Positions 9,627 to 18,098 of a stretch of 64,000 bases of DNA are shown in pieces. Source of the DNA: an uncultured archaeon. GTDB lineage: Archaea > Thermoplasmatota > Penumbrarchaeia > JASLWR01. Each line of letters begins with the position of its first letter. Within the stretch, counting starts at the first letter, position 1. The stretch covers positions 32,001-96,000 of the forward strand of contig CAYFHS010000008.1 of the NCBI GenBank assembly GCA_964342815.1. Direction: 5' to 3'. The position numbers and the translations under genes are program-made. The notes under the pieces are model-generated. The model was given only the letters and a program-made list of their open reading frames with translations. It searched no databases and had not been told where the DNA came from.

Positions 9627-11012
9627 TCAGAAACCACATCTCTTTAGCAATTCCTTCACTTTTTCCTGGAAAAGCTCTTCTCCAATTAATCCGGTATCTT
9701 TCATCTTCTTTAATTTCATTAGTTTAGCCATCATTTTTTTCTCATTTTCAGTCTCTTTCGAAGCTGCTTCCTTTCTCTTTGTAAATGCTGCTCTACCAAC
9801 TCCAGTATCCCCGGCCTTTCCGCTGGTTATGGCGACCTGCACCGATTTCTGACCCATCACACCACGAAGTTGACGCACCATTTCTGCATTACCGCTTTCC
9901 ATTGCTTGAATGAGAAGACGCTCCATCATGGCGTCCGATGAGTCTTGTACGCTGGTAAGATGATCTTGTGCCATGCTTATTTTTTGCAGTCTTTTCTCAT
10001 GTTCTCTGTCTTCTGACTCCTTTTTTCGATTGTACAGACGCTCCTCACGCTCTCTCCGTCGACCATCCAATAAGTTTAGTATCTCCTTTGCGTTATCGAG
10101 CCTTGTTTCGGTCTCCTTGTGTTTAAAAAGAATTCGGTTCTCCTCTTCCTCCGCTCTCATCTCTAGTTTATGTCGATGGGCCGCGGTTTCTCTGGCCTGT
10201 TCCAGCTCGTCCAAGGTCATTTCTCCCTCCACGGCGGCACTGCGCTTCGCGAAATCGGAATCCATCTTTACTTTACCTGGAGTATCAAGGTTAAGAATCA
10301 CCTTCTCCACGATAATACCCCATAGGCCCAGTGTCTTTTTCATCTGGTGAAGCACAGACATCTCCGCTGTAGTTCTTATGTCCCTGTTGCCGTAGACCTC
10401 ATCCGATGTGTATTTTCCTAGGGTCGGTTTTATGACCTCCGATATGATCTCGTCTCGCAGTCGCTTGCGCAGGGCGTTCAAGGTAACCGCTTGCGCTCTT
10501 CCCAGAAGTTTCAACTGTTTTGGTGTCTCGTGTGGGTCGAAATCAAAACGGAGAGTGAGGGTTCCACCAAGGCAGTCCCTGGAATCGGCAGTGTATATTT
10601 CATCAGCCGTTTCGAATGGGAAATCCAGATCGATGCTGGTAGCGTCTACTATTAGGAGATTTATATAACCCGTGGTTATCCTTTTGCGGATCAATCGATA
10701 ATAATCTTCCAATCCGACATCATTCCGGAGATCCAATTTAAGAAATTTGGCTAGATTCTTCTTGATCTTGTTTTCGTCGGTTTCACTCTTCCAGTGAAGA
10801 GCGTAAACCAGTTCTTCTTCGGTATGGTCTGCTATCCGGAATGAGTCCTTGTCGATAATCCCCAGCAGCTTGCCTTCCTTAATAAAGACCGCTCGTTCCG
10901 TTGGCCCTATTGGTATTTTATTGAAACCGTGCTCGAAAAGGTATTTTATATCCTTTCCATCGGCCATTCTGATCACGATATCCGGTCTGCCGGATTTCCA
11001 CCAGTTGTGCAT
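9627..11012 (-). CDS. SPFH/band-7 family protein with coiled coil and C-terminal SHOCT-like motif
   Basis: IGPTERAVFIKEGK, a conserved-looking SPFH core (..LGLWGIIVEKVILN), a long charged coiled coil, and C-terminal KLMKLKKMKDTGLIGEELFQEKVKELL. Confidence 0.7.
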   Translation of the reverse strand: MHNWWKSGRPDIVIRMADGKDIKYLFEHGFNKIPIGPTERAVFIKEGKLLGIIDKDSFRIADHTEEELVYALHWKSETDENKIKKNLAKFLKLDLRNDVGLEDYYRLIRKRITTGYINLLIVDATSIDLDFPFETADEIYTADSRDCLGGTLTLRFDFDPHETPKQLKLLGRAQAVTLNALRKRLRDEIISEVIKPTLGKYTSDEVYGNRDIRTTAEMSVLHQMKKTLGLWGIIVEKVILNLDTPGKVKMDSDFAKRSAAVEGEMTLDELEQARETAAHRHKLEMRAEEEENRILFKHKETETRLDNAKEILNLLDGRRREREERLYNRKKESEDREHEKRLQKISMAQDHLTSVQDSSDAMMERLLIQAMESGNAEMVRQLRGVMGQKSVQVAITSGKAGDTGVGRAAFTKRKEAASKETENEKKMMAKLMKLKKMKDTGLIGEELFQEKVKELLKRCGF

Positions 11013-11013
11013 C

Positions 11014-12492
11014 TCAGATCATCTCCTTGTACATTTTCATCCTGGCCTTGAACCTGTTCCTGAGTGTCAAAATGTCATTTCTTAAAGGGCTCGCAAGCTG
11101 GGCAATTAGATCGGATTTGCCGGAAAGTATACAGCCGCGGATCAGAACGGTCCTTTTGCATAGTTCGTTGATCCCGTCAAAGATCTTCTCGTACATGGTG
11201 GCGATCGGTTTGTACTTTCCTATATCGATCCCTCCTACCATAGAGCCGGACTCAATCTCATCCAGCGCCCCTTCCACTGAGGCTTGTATTTCACCTATAA
11301 ACAGAGTCAATTCGTCAGAAATTTTCTTCACCTTCTTGTAATTCATGGAATCGTTCTTTTCATAGAGTTCTTCGAGGTTGAAGAATAATTTATCTTTTAC
11401 TTTGGTGATCTCAAGGAGTACCCTGTCCCGGAAGTTCCTGTCCGAGAACATGAAGTTCATGTTGGCCATTGCTGTTTTCCGTTTCTTCTCCATGGCTTTC
11501 ATGTAGCAGTCGTAGGCTTTTCGGTATTCACCGCTTAGATAGAGATTATTTCCCAGGCGGAGGTAGATGTCTTCCTCCATTTTGAGATCGCTGTAAAGGG
11601 AATCCACCTCTTCGTATTTCATGGCAATTTCAGACTCAGAAAGACACTCTTCCATGTATGCCGTTTCAAGATCGTTATCGAGGTCCAGCCCGATACCGAA
11701 TCCAAGGATTGCGTCCGAGAGAAGATCTTTCCAGTCGTCTTTGCTTAGCTCCTGGGCATTTATGTTCATGATGGAATCAGCGGTGGTTATCTTTACGTCA
11801 CCTCCTGCAGACACCACATTGCTGCGGGTCATGGCACTGTCGCTTACCGCTGTCTCCGTTTTACCGAGATTCCCATCATCCAGCTTATCCATAAGCTCCG
11901 AAACGTCATCAGCCATGCTCTCGGTCCTCGAAAGTATCTCATGAATATCCTTTTCCATTCTCGCCAGGTGAGACTGGAGTTCGTCAAATTTATCATCCCA
12001 TCCTAACCCTGAGAAAACCGCCCCGATCTCGTTGGTAATATCTTCGACCTTGAGAACATTTGTATCCTTAGATTCCTTCATGGACCGGACGATTTCAGAC
12101 GCAAGCGTATCGGGCTCTATGGCGGCCTTTAAAGACTGCACGAATCGACGGTCCTCACTGCCCATCTGCCTGTAATTCACCATCATACCCTGTATCTGCC
12201 GGGTCATTTCCAGCAGTCCCTGACCGGTATCGTCAAGTTTTTTAGTGTCCGAGACCATTGCTTCCTTAACCTCATCAGCCCTTTGATTGATCAGTTCAAC
12301 GATTTCTTCGTTGGTCACCCCTACGATAGTTTCAAGGAATCTGCTGAGTTTTGTATCCTTACCCTTGTTCTTTTCGTTTAGGTAGCGGACTGCTTTCTTT
12401 GCACTGAAAGTGAAGGTCTTCTCGAAAGCCAGTTTCGAAAATCCCCTGAGTACGACCCCACCAAGGGCTACAGCTGCACCGATACCGAACAT
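11014..12492 (-). CDS. Coiled-coil/helical protein with one TPR
   Basis: Amphipathic N-terminus, heptad-rich region, TPR YLRLGNNLYLSGEYRKAYDCYMKA. Its stop is 1 nt before the SPFH start. The ORF track uses TTG 12513. Confidence 0.65.
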   Translation of the reverse strand: MFGIGAAVALGGVVLRGFSKLAFEKTFTFSAKKAVRYLNEKNKGKDTKLSRFLETIVGVTNEEIVELINQRADEVKEAMVSDTKKLDDTGQGLLEMTRQIQGMMVNYRQMGSEDRRFVQSLKAAIEPDTLASEIVRSMKESKDTNVLKVEDITNEIGAVFSGLGWDDKFDELQSHLARMEKDIHEILSRTESMADDVSELMDKLDDGNLGKTETAVSDSAMTRSNVVSAGGDVKITTADSIMNINAQELSKDDWKDLLSDAILGFGIGLDLDNDLETAYMEECLSESEIAMKYEEVDSLYSDLKMEEDIYLRLGNNLYLSGEYRKAYDCYMKAMEKKRKTAMANMNFMFSDRNFRDRVLLEITKVKDKLFFNLEELYEKNDSMNYKKVKKISDELTLFIGEIQASVEGALDEIESGSMVGGIDIGKYKPIATMYEKIFDGINELCKRTVLIRGCILSGKSDLIAQLASPLRNDILTLRNRFKARMKMYKEMI

Positions 12493-12605
12493 TTCATCAC
12501 TTCGTTTGGACAAGTATAAATATCCAGAATAAAAGGTGGCTTTAGATTAAATATCTTTCCGGTAAAATTCAAACATGCCATTATCGGGAAGGTCACTATC
12601 TTAAT

Positions 12606-13169
12606 TTATTTTCGCAGTCCGGTTTTTTCAATAAGAAGTTCAATTAACGAGTTCAATTCATCATCTTTCGTGACGTTGATTATTGGATATGATGAATGTT
12701 CCGTGATCTCATTTGCCAATAATCCCGTGAGAGCCACGACATTTTCGCCAATGTTCCGAACTCTGAAGGTCTCCTCCACCGTTCCCAAGTCCCTACACGC
12801 GACTAACTGGAATATACTCGGACCAGTATCACGAAGTCCCTCCGAAACCACAACATCCGTTTCTTCAGGAAATAATCGGGATACTTCTTCCAGATCGTTT
12901 CGGCGGGGATTGTTTTGAATGTATACCGTCTCGTTCCTTGAAAGCGATATAACGAAACTTGCACCGGCCTCCCTGTGTCTGTAGGTGTCCTTTCCTTTTA
13001 CGTCAATGGTGAAGTTGGAATGAACCATTGATTTGATGGTACCAACCCTGAAACCCAGTTCTACAAGCCGCCTGACTAAACACTCCACAACGGTGGTCTT
13101 TCCGCTCTTTTTCAAGCCCACTACAGAGATAATGGGTATTGATTTCTTTACTCCCAACAATGATTTCAT
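12606..13169 (-). CDS. mobB: Molybdopterin-guanine dinucleotide biosynthesis protein B
   Basis: VVGLKKSGKTT P-loop, DVKGKDTYRHREAGA, SEG motif. Confidence 0.88.
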   Translation of the reverse strand: MKSLLGVKKSIPIISVVGLKKSGKTTVVECLVRRLVELGFRVGTIKSMVHSNFTIDVKGKDTYRHREAGASFVISLSRNETVYIQNNPRRNDLEEVSRLFPEETDVVVSEGLRDTGPSIFQLVACRDLGTVEETFRVRNIGENVVALTGLLANEITEHSSYPIINVTKDDELNSLIELLIEKTGLRK

Positions 13170-13305
13170 CTCTCCTAAAGCGAAGATTACAATAGTTATG
13201 ATGGTTACGGTTATATTATAAAGTATTCCCGTTGGTGGCTTTCTACTCGAATAGAGGGATCAGTATCCAAACCATTTTATTTTCCTCTCCCAAAAGGCCA
13301 TCGTA

Positions 13306-14565
13306 TCAAAACTCAAAAAGACTTTTCTGCTCTCCCGTATTCTCCATTCCCCTGGGAACATCCGTCCCCGACAAAGTATACCTTTCCCCTACCGACAATA
13401 GTTTAATTTTACCATACCCGCCACCACCCCCCGGGATCGTTTCGAAATCTCCTGAAACGAGATTCTCGATGGCCATCACAACACCGGGAAATCTTTCACG
13501 TAATACCTCCCTATTTTCCTTGGCAACGAATAAGGAAAGCTCGGTTTCGCAAATAGCAAGGATCTCCCCGTATATCTCGGTCGCTTTCGATGAATCGGGA
13601 GATATTTCGTACACGTCTCCGATAATATCAACAAGAGGCAAAATATGGTGATATGGTGGTCTTTCGGGCATTTCTCCATTGTTGAGATTCCGGTACTGCT
13701 CACATATATCAATAATTCCCCTTTTGATCCTTCCTCCGCATCCGCATCTCATTCGCTGCTTCCGAGCGTCATCCCAGGAAAATTTTTCGTGACATGAGCT
13801 GCACCCGGTAAGGTGATATCTTCCTTCTTGGGGTGGAAGACCGTAGTTTGCAATAATCCGGTTTGGGGAGTCCTGGTCATACACTGTGGTCCTTTCAAGC
13901 GCACTGCGCAATGAATGAAAATTCAATTTTTCCATCCGGACAAGATTGAATTCTCTTCCCATTCTGCGCGGGGAAGGGCTGTGAGCGTCGCTGTTGCTCA
14001 GAAAATTCAAATCGGAAAGCTGACTCATGGGATTTGCAAGCTCAGTGTCCGCTGACAATCCCAGTTCAACGAATCCAATTCGATCCAGCTGGTCCCTGTA
14101 GCAATTTTCCAGACTGCCGTAGAGCGGCAAAATTCCGGTATAGGGAGTGAATACATGAGCAGGTCCGATGATCCCGTTGTGCATGTGCACCAATTCAGCC
14201 AGTTCGGAGCCGAATAGATTTATTGTCGGCCTTCCCTCGTATTCCATGTCATTCGCATTATTCCTCACAGCGTTTCGGAAATCTTCGATCTTGGATATCG
14301 AAGGAAAAAAGATTATGTGATGCGCTCGGTTTATATCCTCAACTTCGCACTGGAGAACGATGGATATACCGTTATACTCTAACAAACCTTCACTGAACGA
14401 CAGTTCCGAAAGTTCCTTCAAAACTTTGGGGTGGAGACAGTCCCCGCTCCCTATAAGCTTCAATCCTTTTTGGCTGGCAGTCCTACAGTAATTTATTAGA
14501 TTGGCCTTTGGTGATGTTGATGACGAATAGTGGGAATGAAGGTGGAGGTCGGCCCTTACGATCAT
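13306..14565 (-). CDS. PHP-domain endonuclease Q-like protein (TIGR00375 family)
   Basis: DLHLHSHYS, AHVFTP, ELGLSAD, NSDAHS, GRYH..C..C/C.CGG zinc finger, PGGGGGYG tail. Confidence 0.85.
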   Translation of the reverse strand: MIVRADLHLHSHYSSSTSPKANLINYCRTASQKGLKLIGSGDCLHPKVLKELSELSFSEGLLEYNGISIVLQCEVEDINRAHHIIFFPSISKIEDFRNAVRNNANDMEYEGRPTINLFGSELAELVHMHNGIIGPAHVFTPYTGILPLYGSLENCYRDQLDRIGFVELGLSADTELANPMSQLSDLNFLSNSDAHSPSPRRMGREFNLVRMEKLNFHSLRSALERTTVYDQDSPNRIIANYGLPPQEGRYHLTGCSSCHEKFSWDDARKQRMRCGCGGRIKRGIIDICEQYRNLNNGEMPERPPYHHILPLVDIIGDVYEISPDSSKATEIYGEILAICETELSLFVAKENREVLRERFPGVVMAIENLVSGDFETIPGGGGGYGKIKLLSVGERYTLSGTDVPRGMENTGEQKSLFEF

Positions 14566-14689
14566 TGCGTTTCTATCGGTTATTGGATATTTAACCGATT
14601 TGGTGCAGGTTCCGGTAATTATTATGTAAAGTGAAAACCAATGAGTTATCCCGGAATATTTTCTCTTTTACTCTTACTATCGAGGGGCT

Positions 14690-14906
14690 GCGACGTAAAA
14701 AACGCAGGCCCGGTCCAAATAGAAAAAAATTATCTGGGAGGGCTCCCTACCAGATCGGCAAGCCGACCTATTACTAACTTGATCCTCGACTTGTTTAATC
14801 GTAGAAGAGGATAGCGCCCACTTCGCTCCGCAACACCTATGGCGTTGCTGCTTCCTCGAAAACCGGATGGTTTCCTACGGGCGTTCGCCTGGGGGCCGCT
14901 GGTCTC
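14690..14906 (-). ncRNA. Candidate structured RNA or palindromic element A (intergenic)
   Basis: At least six stems, including cgcccac 14815-21/acgggcg 14877-83, gcaacacc-tat-ggcgttgc 14830-48 and gaaaacc-ggat-ggtttcc 14858-75. Plus-strand A-C mismatches become G-U pairs on the minus strand. Confidence 0.45.
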
Positions 14907-14939
14907 ATTAAGAATATCACTAATTTGGATCTAAGAATT

Positions 14940-16814
14940 TCAATCCACGATTTCCATTTCCAACCTGTTTCCCACTCGATCATAGGCTGCAATGGAGTTC
15001 TCGGTAAAGGGATAACCGATGATCAGATTGGTCACGAACATGGTAAACGAACGTATATCGGCCCTGGATGGGATCGCTGCACCGCTGGGATGAGAGTGAA
15101 CAAAACCATCAACGGTTATCCTGCTTCCTGCCCCGTCATATTTCGAGAACATCACCGAGCTTCGGTTCACTTGCGAACTGTACAACAGCTCAAGCTCCTC
15201 CAGGACTTCCTTTCCCACTAGAGCCGCCCCGAATTCATTAGGATATGAGTCCTTAGCATATGCAATTATCTTTTTTACCAGTTTTCGCCGTATCCTGACA
15301 CTTCGTCCCGCTTCGAACATAGTTCCAAGTTCATTGTCCTCTTTCAGCCATGATTGCGCCATGACCTCTTCCTTTAAGATCCTGAACAAGCCCGGATACT
15401 GTTTTATCGGTAGGGTCAAAACTATGGTTTTCAGTATCTTTTTGGCTTTGCGCCGCTTCTCCCTGCGAAACGAAACGGAAAGAATGCCCATGAGAGCTTC
15501 GATATACCCCTGGGTGTCCCCCTTTTTCTTGAAGACTCGCCCTGCTTTTTTAAAGAACTTTTCGCTTTCTTTTAAATCTACTCTTGAAAACAAAGCCCAA
15601 GCAAGAGAGGTTCTGGCCGAAGCGAGAGGTAGCTCCATGCCGGTAGTATTGAATATCCTCTGAGCAAAGGAGGCACATTTGAAGGCCAGATCCGCATTAT
15701 CGAGAGATCGGGTCGAATCGGAGAGCGCTACCAGCGACAAGCCCGTTTCCCGTAAATTGGTACAGTGGATCATCTCACTTGCACCAAGCGTGACGAAAGT
15801 GACGGCATCCTTGGGGGAAAATGAGAGAGCATATTCACCTGCAATTAGAGAGCTTCTGGCAGAATAATACCGTTCGGGGATTATTGATCCTTTATCCAAA
15901 GTCTTCAGTTCTTTCAGGATTTCCTGTTCATAGAACCGGACTGCTCGCTCATCCTCCCCCGCAGCTGAAAGCATTATCATCTTCAGAAATCTGCTCCTTG
16001 TAAACCCGTAATTATCTGTCCTTAAGCAGTTTCCAAATAAATGATCTGTGGTATCCAGCAGAGTTGCCAAGGTCTTTTCCCGGTATTGATCGTCCTCGAT
16101 AAAATAAAGCGAAACCGAGTTCTGCAGCATGAAAATGAAAGCCAACCTGCGGGAGAGGTAAGCCTCGGATTCATCGTGGAAAGAAAGTTCCAGCTCTGTA
16201 TTACCGCTCCCCAGTGAAAGATATTTTCCCTGCCGTTTTTTCATTGAACGTCTTTTGTTCGAGACCAGAGAACGGTAAGCCTGAATCAGGAGACCATCCA
16301 CGTCCATGGTGTTCTTCCGGCTCCTCTCTGAGAACCAAGTCAAGGTAAGGTATTCCCTGAATGTAGAGATAACGAAGAATGACAATACTAGAGAGTTGCT
16401 TTCGTCTATCTTTTTCAGTAATCTTCGACATATCCCTGGAATGTCACAGTCCACGGCAAGAGCCAAGTCCAGCAAAACTGCAACTAGCGGGTGATAATTA
16501 TCATCCTCGAGATCGATTTTTTTGATATTGTTTTCAAGGTAGCTGCCGATATCGCTTGAATATTGAATGAATTTTTTTTGGCTGGTATCATCCAGTATCG
16601 AATTGATAATAGAATACGATCCATTTTTCTCAATAACCGGATTATCACAAAAAAAATCGGGACAGCTAGGCGGCTCCGAGAGAGAGAGATCTTCGCTACG
16701 AGCTTTCGCCACAAGGGATGAATAGGGCTTGTTGCCTTTCAGGGCTTCTCTCAGCTTATGATAGGTGGTCAAGAATTTTTCAAGTTTTTTCCGTCGGCGG
16801 GGATTAACCGGCAT
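14940..16814 (-). CDS. TPR-like helical protein with C-terminal JAB/MPN+ (JAMM) metalloprotease domain
   Basis: C-terminal YPNEFGAAL ... GFVHSHPSGAAIPSRAD is an intact JAMM motif (E, HxH, S, D). About 500 aa of helical sequence precede it. Confidence 0.8.
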   Translation of the reverse strand: MPVNPRRRKKLEKFLTTYHKLREALKGNKPYSSLVAKARSEDLSLSEPPSCPDFFCDNPVIEKNGSYSIINSILDDTSQKKFIQYSSDIGSYLENNIKKIDLEDDNYHPLVAVLLDLALAVDCDIPGICRRLLKKIDESNSLVLSFFVISTFREYLTLTWFSERSRKNTMDVDGLLIQAYRSLVSNKRRSMKKRQGKYLSLGSGNTELELSFHDESEAYLSRRLAFIFMLQNSVSLYFIEDDQYREKTLATLLDTTDHLFGNCLRTDNYGFTRSRFLKMIMLSAAGEDERAVRFYEQEILKELKTLDKGSIIPERYYSARSSLIAGEYALSFSPKDAVTFVTLGASEMIHCTNLRETGLSLVALSDSTRSLDNADLAFKCASFAQRIFNTTGMELPLASARTSLAWALFSRVDLKESEKFFKKAGRVFKKKGDTQGYIEALMGILSVSFRREKRRKAKKILKTIVLTLPIKQYPGLFRILKEEVMAQSWLKEDNELGTMFEAGRSVRIRRKLVKKIIAYAKDSYPNEFGAALVGKEVLEELELLYSSQVNRSSVMFSKYDGAGSRITVDGFVHSHPSGAAIPSRADIRSFTMFVTNLIIGYPFTENSIAAYDRVGNRLEMEIVD

Positions 16815-16901
16815 GATATCGTCTATATTCCACGGCAGTTAAAAATATGTTGGCCTTCTTTCCTTTTACTCGCACTAATCACGATATAAATCCATCCCCT
16901 T

Positions 16902-16918
16902 GAAATAAAGTTTATATA
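16902..16918 (+). promoter_or_regulatory. Archaeal BRE-TATA promoter of the PRC-barrel gene
   Basis: Purine-rich GAAATAAAG immediately followed by TTTATATA (16911-16918), about 45 nt before ATG 16962. Confidence 0.55.
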
Positions 16919-16961
16919 TGAATATTACTGTTATACTTTTACGATTCTGGGGGTAACAACA

Positions 16962-17264
16962 ATGCTAGAGGAAATTACACAGATAATGAACCTTCAAGTT
17001 TATACGAACAAGGGTGCGTTCCTAGGGGTTGTGGACAACATTCAATTGGATATGGAAAGAAGTGCCGTAGATTCTCTCTTTATCGAGACACCCAATCCAA
17101 CACTAGTGGAGGGCTCCAAATCGGTACTGGTCCCATTCCGTTGGGTGCAGAGTGTGGGTGATATAGTGATTCTCCGTTTCTTCCCGGGCCGGATAGAACT
17201 AACTCCCCAGGAACGACAGATGATGATGTTCGAGAGCAGACAGATACAGGAATATGAGGGATAA
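16962..17264 (+). CDS. PRC-barrel domain protein
   Basis: VYTNKGAFLGVVDNI ... VPFRWVQSVGDIVIL is the typical archaeal PRC-barrel pattern. Confidence 0.85.
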   Translation: MLEEITQIMNLQVYTNKGAFLGVVDNIQLDMERSAVDSLFIETPNPTLVEGSKSVLVPFRWVQSVGDIVILRFFPGRIELTPQERQMMMFESRQIQEYEG

Positions 17265-17296
17265 TTTCGCTATCTTTTCACTGACCTGTCTATGGT

Positions 17297-17842
17297 TTAA
17301 TCCTCGTACATTTCGCCAATCCAGTTTACAGAACAAGGACTCGAATATTCCGAGTTATCAGGAAAACCTTTTAGAAAATTATTAATGATGGAGACCATCT
17401 CCTCTTTGCCGAGGTCTGTGGTATCGATCTCTATTGAAGGGAGGTTTCTGTCCATCACCTCCATAGCGATGACGTCCACTAATTCGCTTTCGACATTTTC
17501 CTTGATTTTCTCCGGAGAATAATCCCTTCGGGCCAACCGTTTTTCCAGCTCACGGGGATCACATCTCAACAGTACGATCCCATCTACCTCAAGGTTGTGA
17601 GAAAGGTGTGATTCAATTATGGTCCAATCATTCATATCAGTTTCCAGCGGATTCCGACCTAAATGATCCCGTACAACACCTACATCTATCTCGAGCGAAC
17701 CTGCCAATTCATCGTAATCCTTATACAGTTTATTTTCGATAATTACATTGTTAAGCCGGACTACATTGTATCCGTACTGAGCAAGATCGTTGCATAACGA
17801 CGTTTTTCCAGTACCGGGAGTACCGGTTACAGCTATGATCAT
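17297..17842 (-). CDS. Archaeal adenylate kinase, AK6/Fap7 family
   Basis: IAVTGTPGTGKTS, ESHLSH, LRCDP..L..RL..RDYS..KIKENVESE. Confidence 0.88.
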   Translation of the reverse strand: MIIAVTGTPGTGKTSLCNDLAQYGYNVVRLNNVIIENKLYKDYDELAGSLEIDVGVVRDHLGRNPLETDMNDWTIIESHLSHNLEVDGIVLLRCDPRELEKRLARRDYSPEKIKENVESELVDVIAMEVMDRNLPSIEIDTTDLGKEEMVSIINNFLKGFPDNSEYSSPCSVNWIGEMYED

Positions 17843-18098
17843 TTATACCACGTTATTGACAGCAATCATTGGATCCGTTTTCTAGGCAGGGAAAAATCGT
17901 ATTCATCGAATTCGGTTATGACCAGTTCAAAGGAGTTCAGGTTTAAAGACAGATGATAAGCACATGATTCCTCTATTTTCGCCATACTGCAATCGGGGCC
18001 AATAGATGACTAGATCCCTCGCTTACCCGTTCAGAGGTTTTTACGTTTTACCATTAATTTTTCTGTGAAGGAAGGACTGTCTTTACTTATTTCTCGAA

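Noticed and set aside
14690-14906. SRP RNA, RNase P RNA or 5S rRNA as the identity of elements A, B or C
   Set aside because: Only short fragments resemble them (GAGGAAGCAGC, CAGAAGGG, CCAGG..GAAA). The full helix-8, P4 or 5S signatures are missing.
17843-17985. 39-codon minus-strand ORF upstream of the adenylate kinase gene
   Set aside because: No recognisable motif and no convincing RBS.
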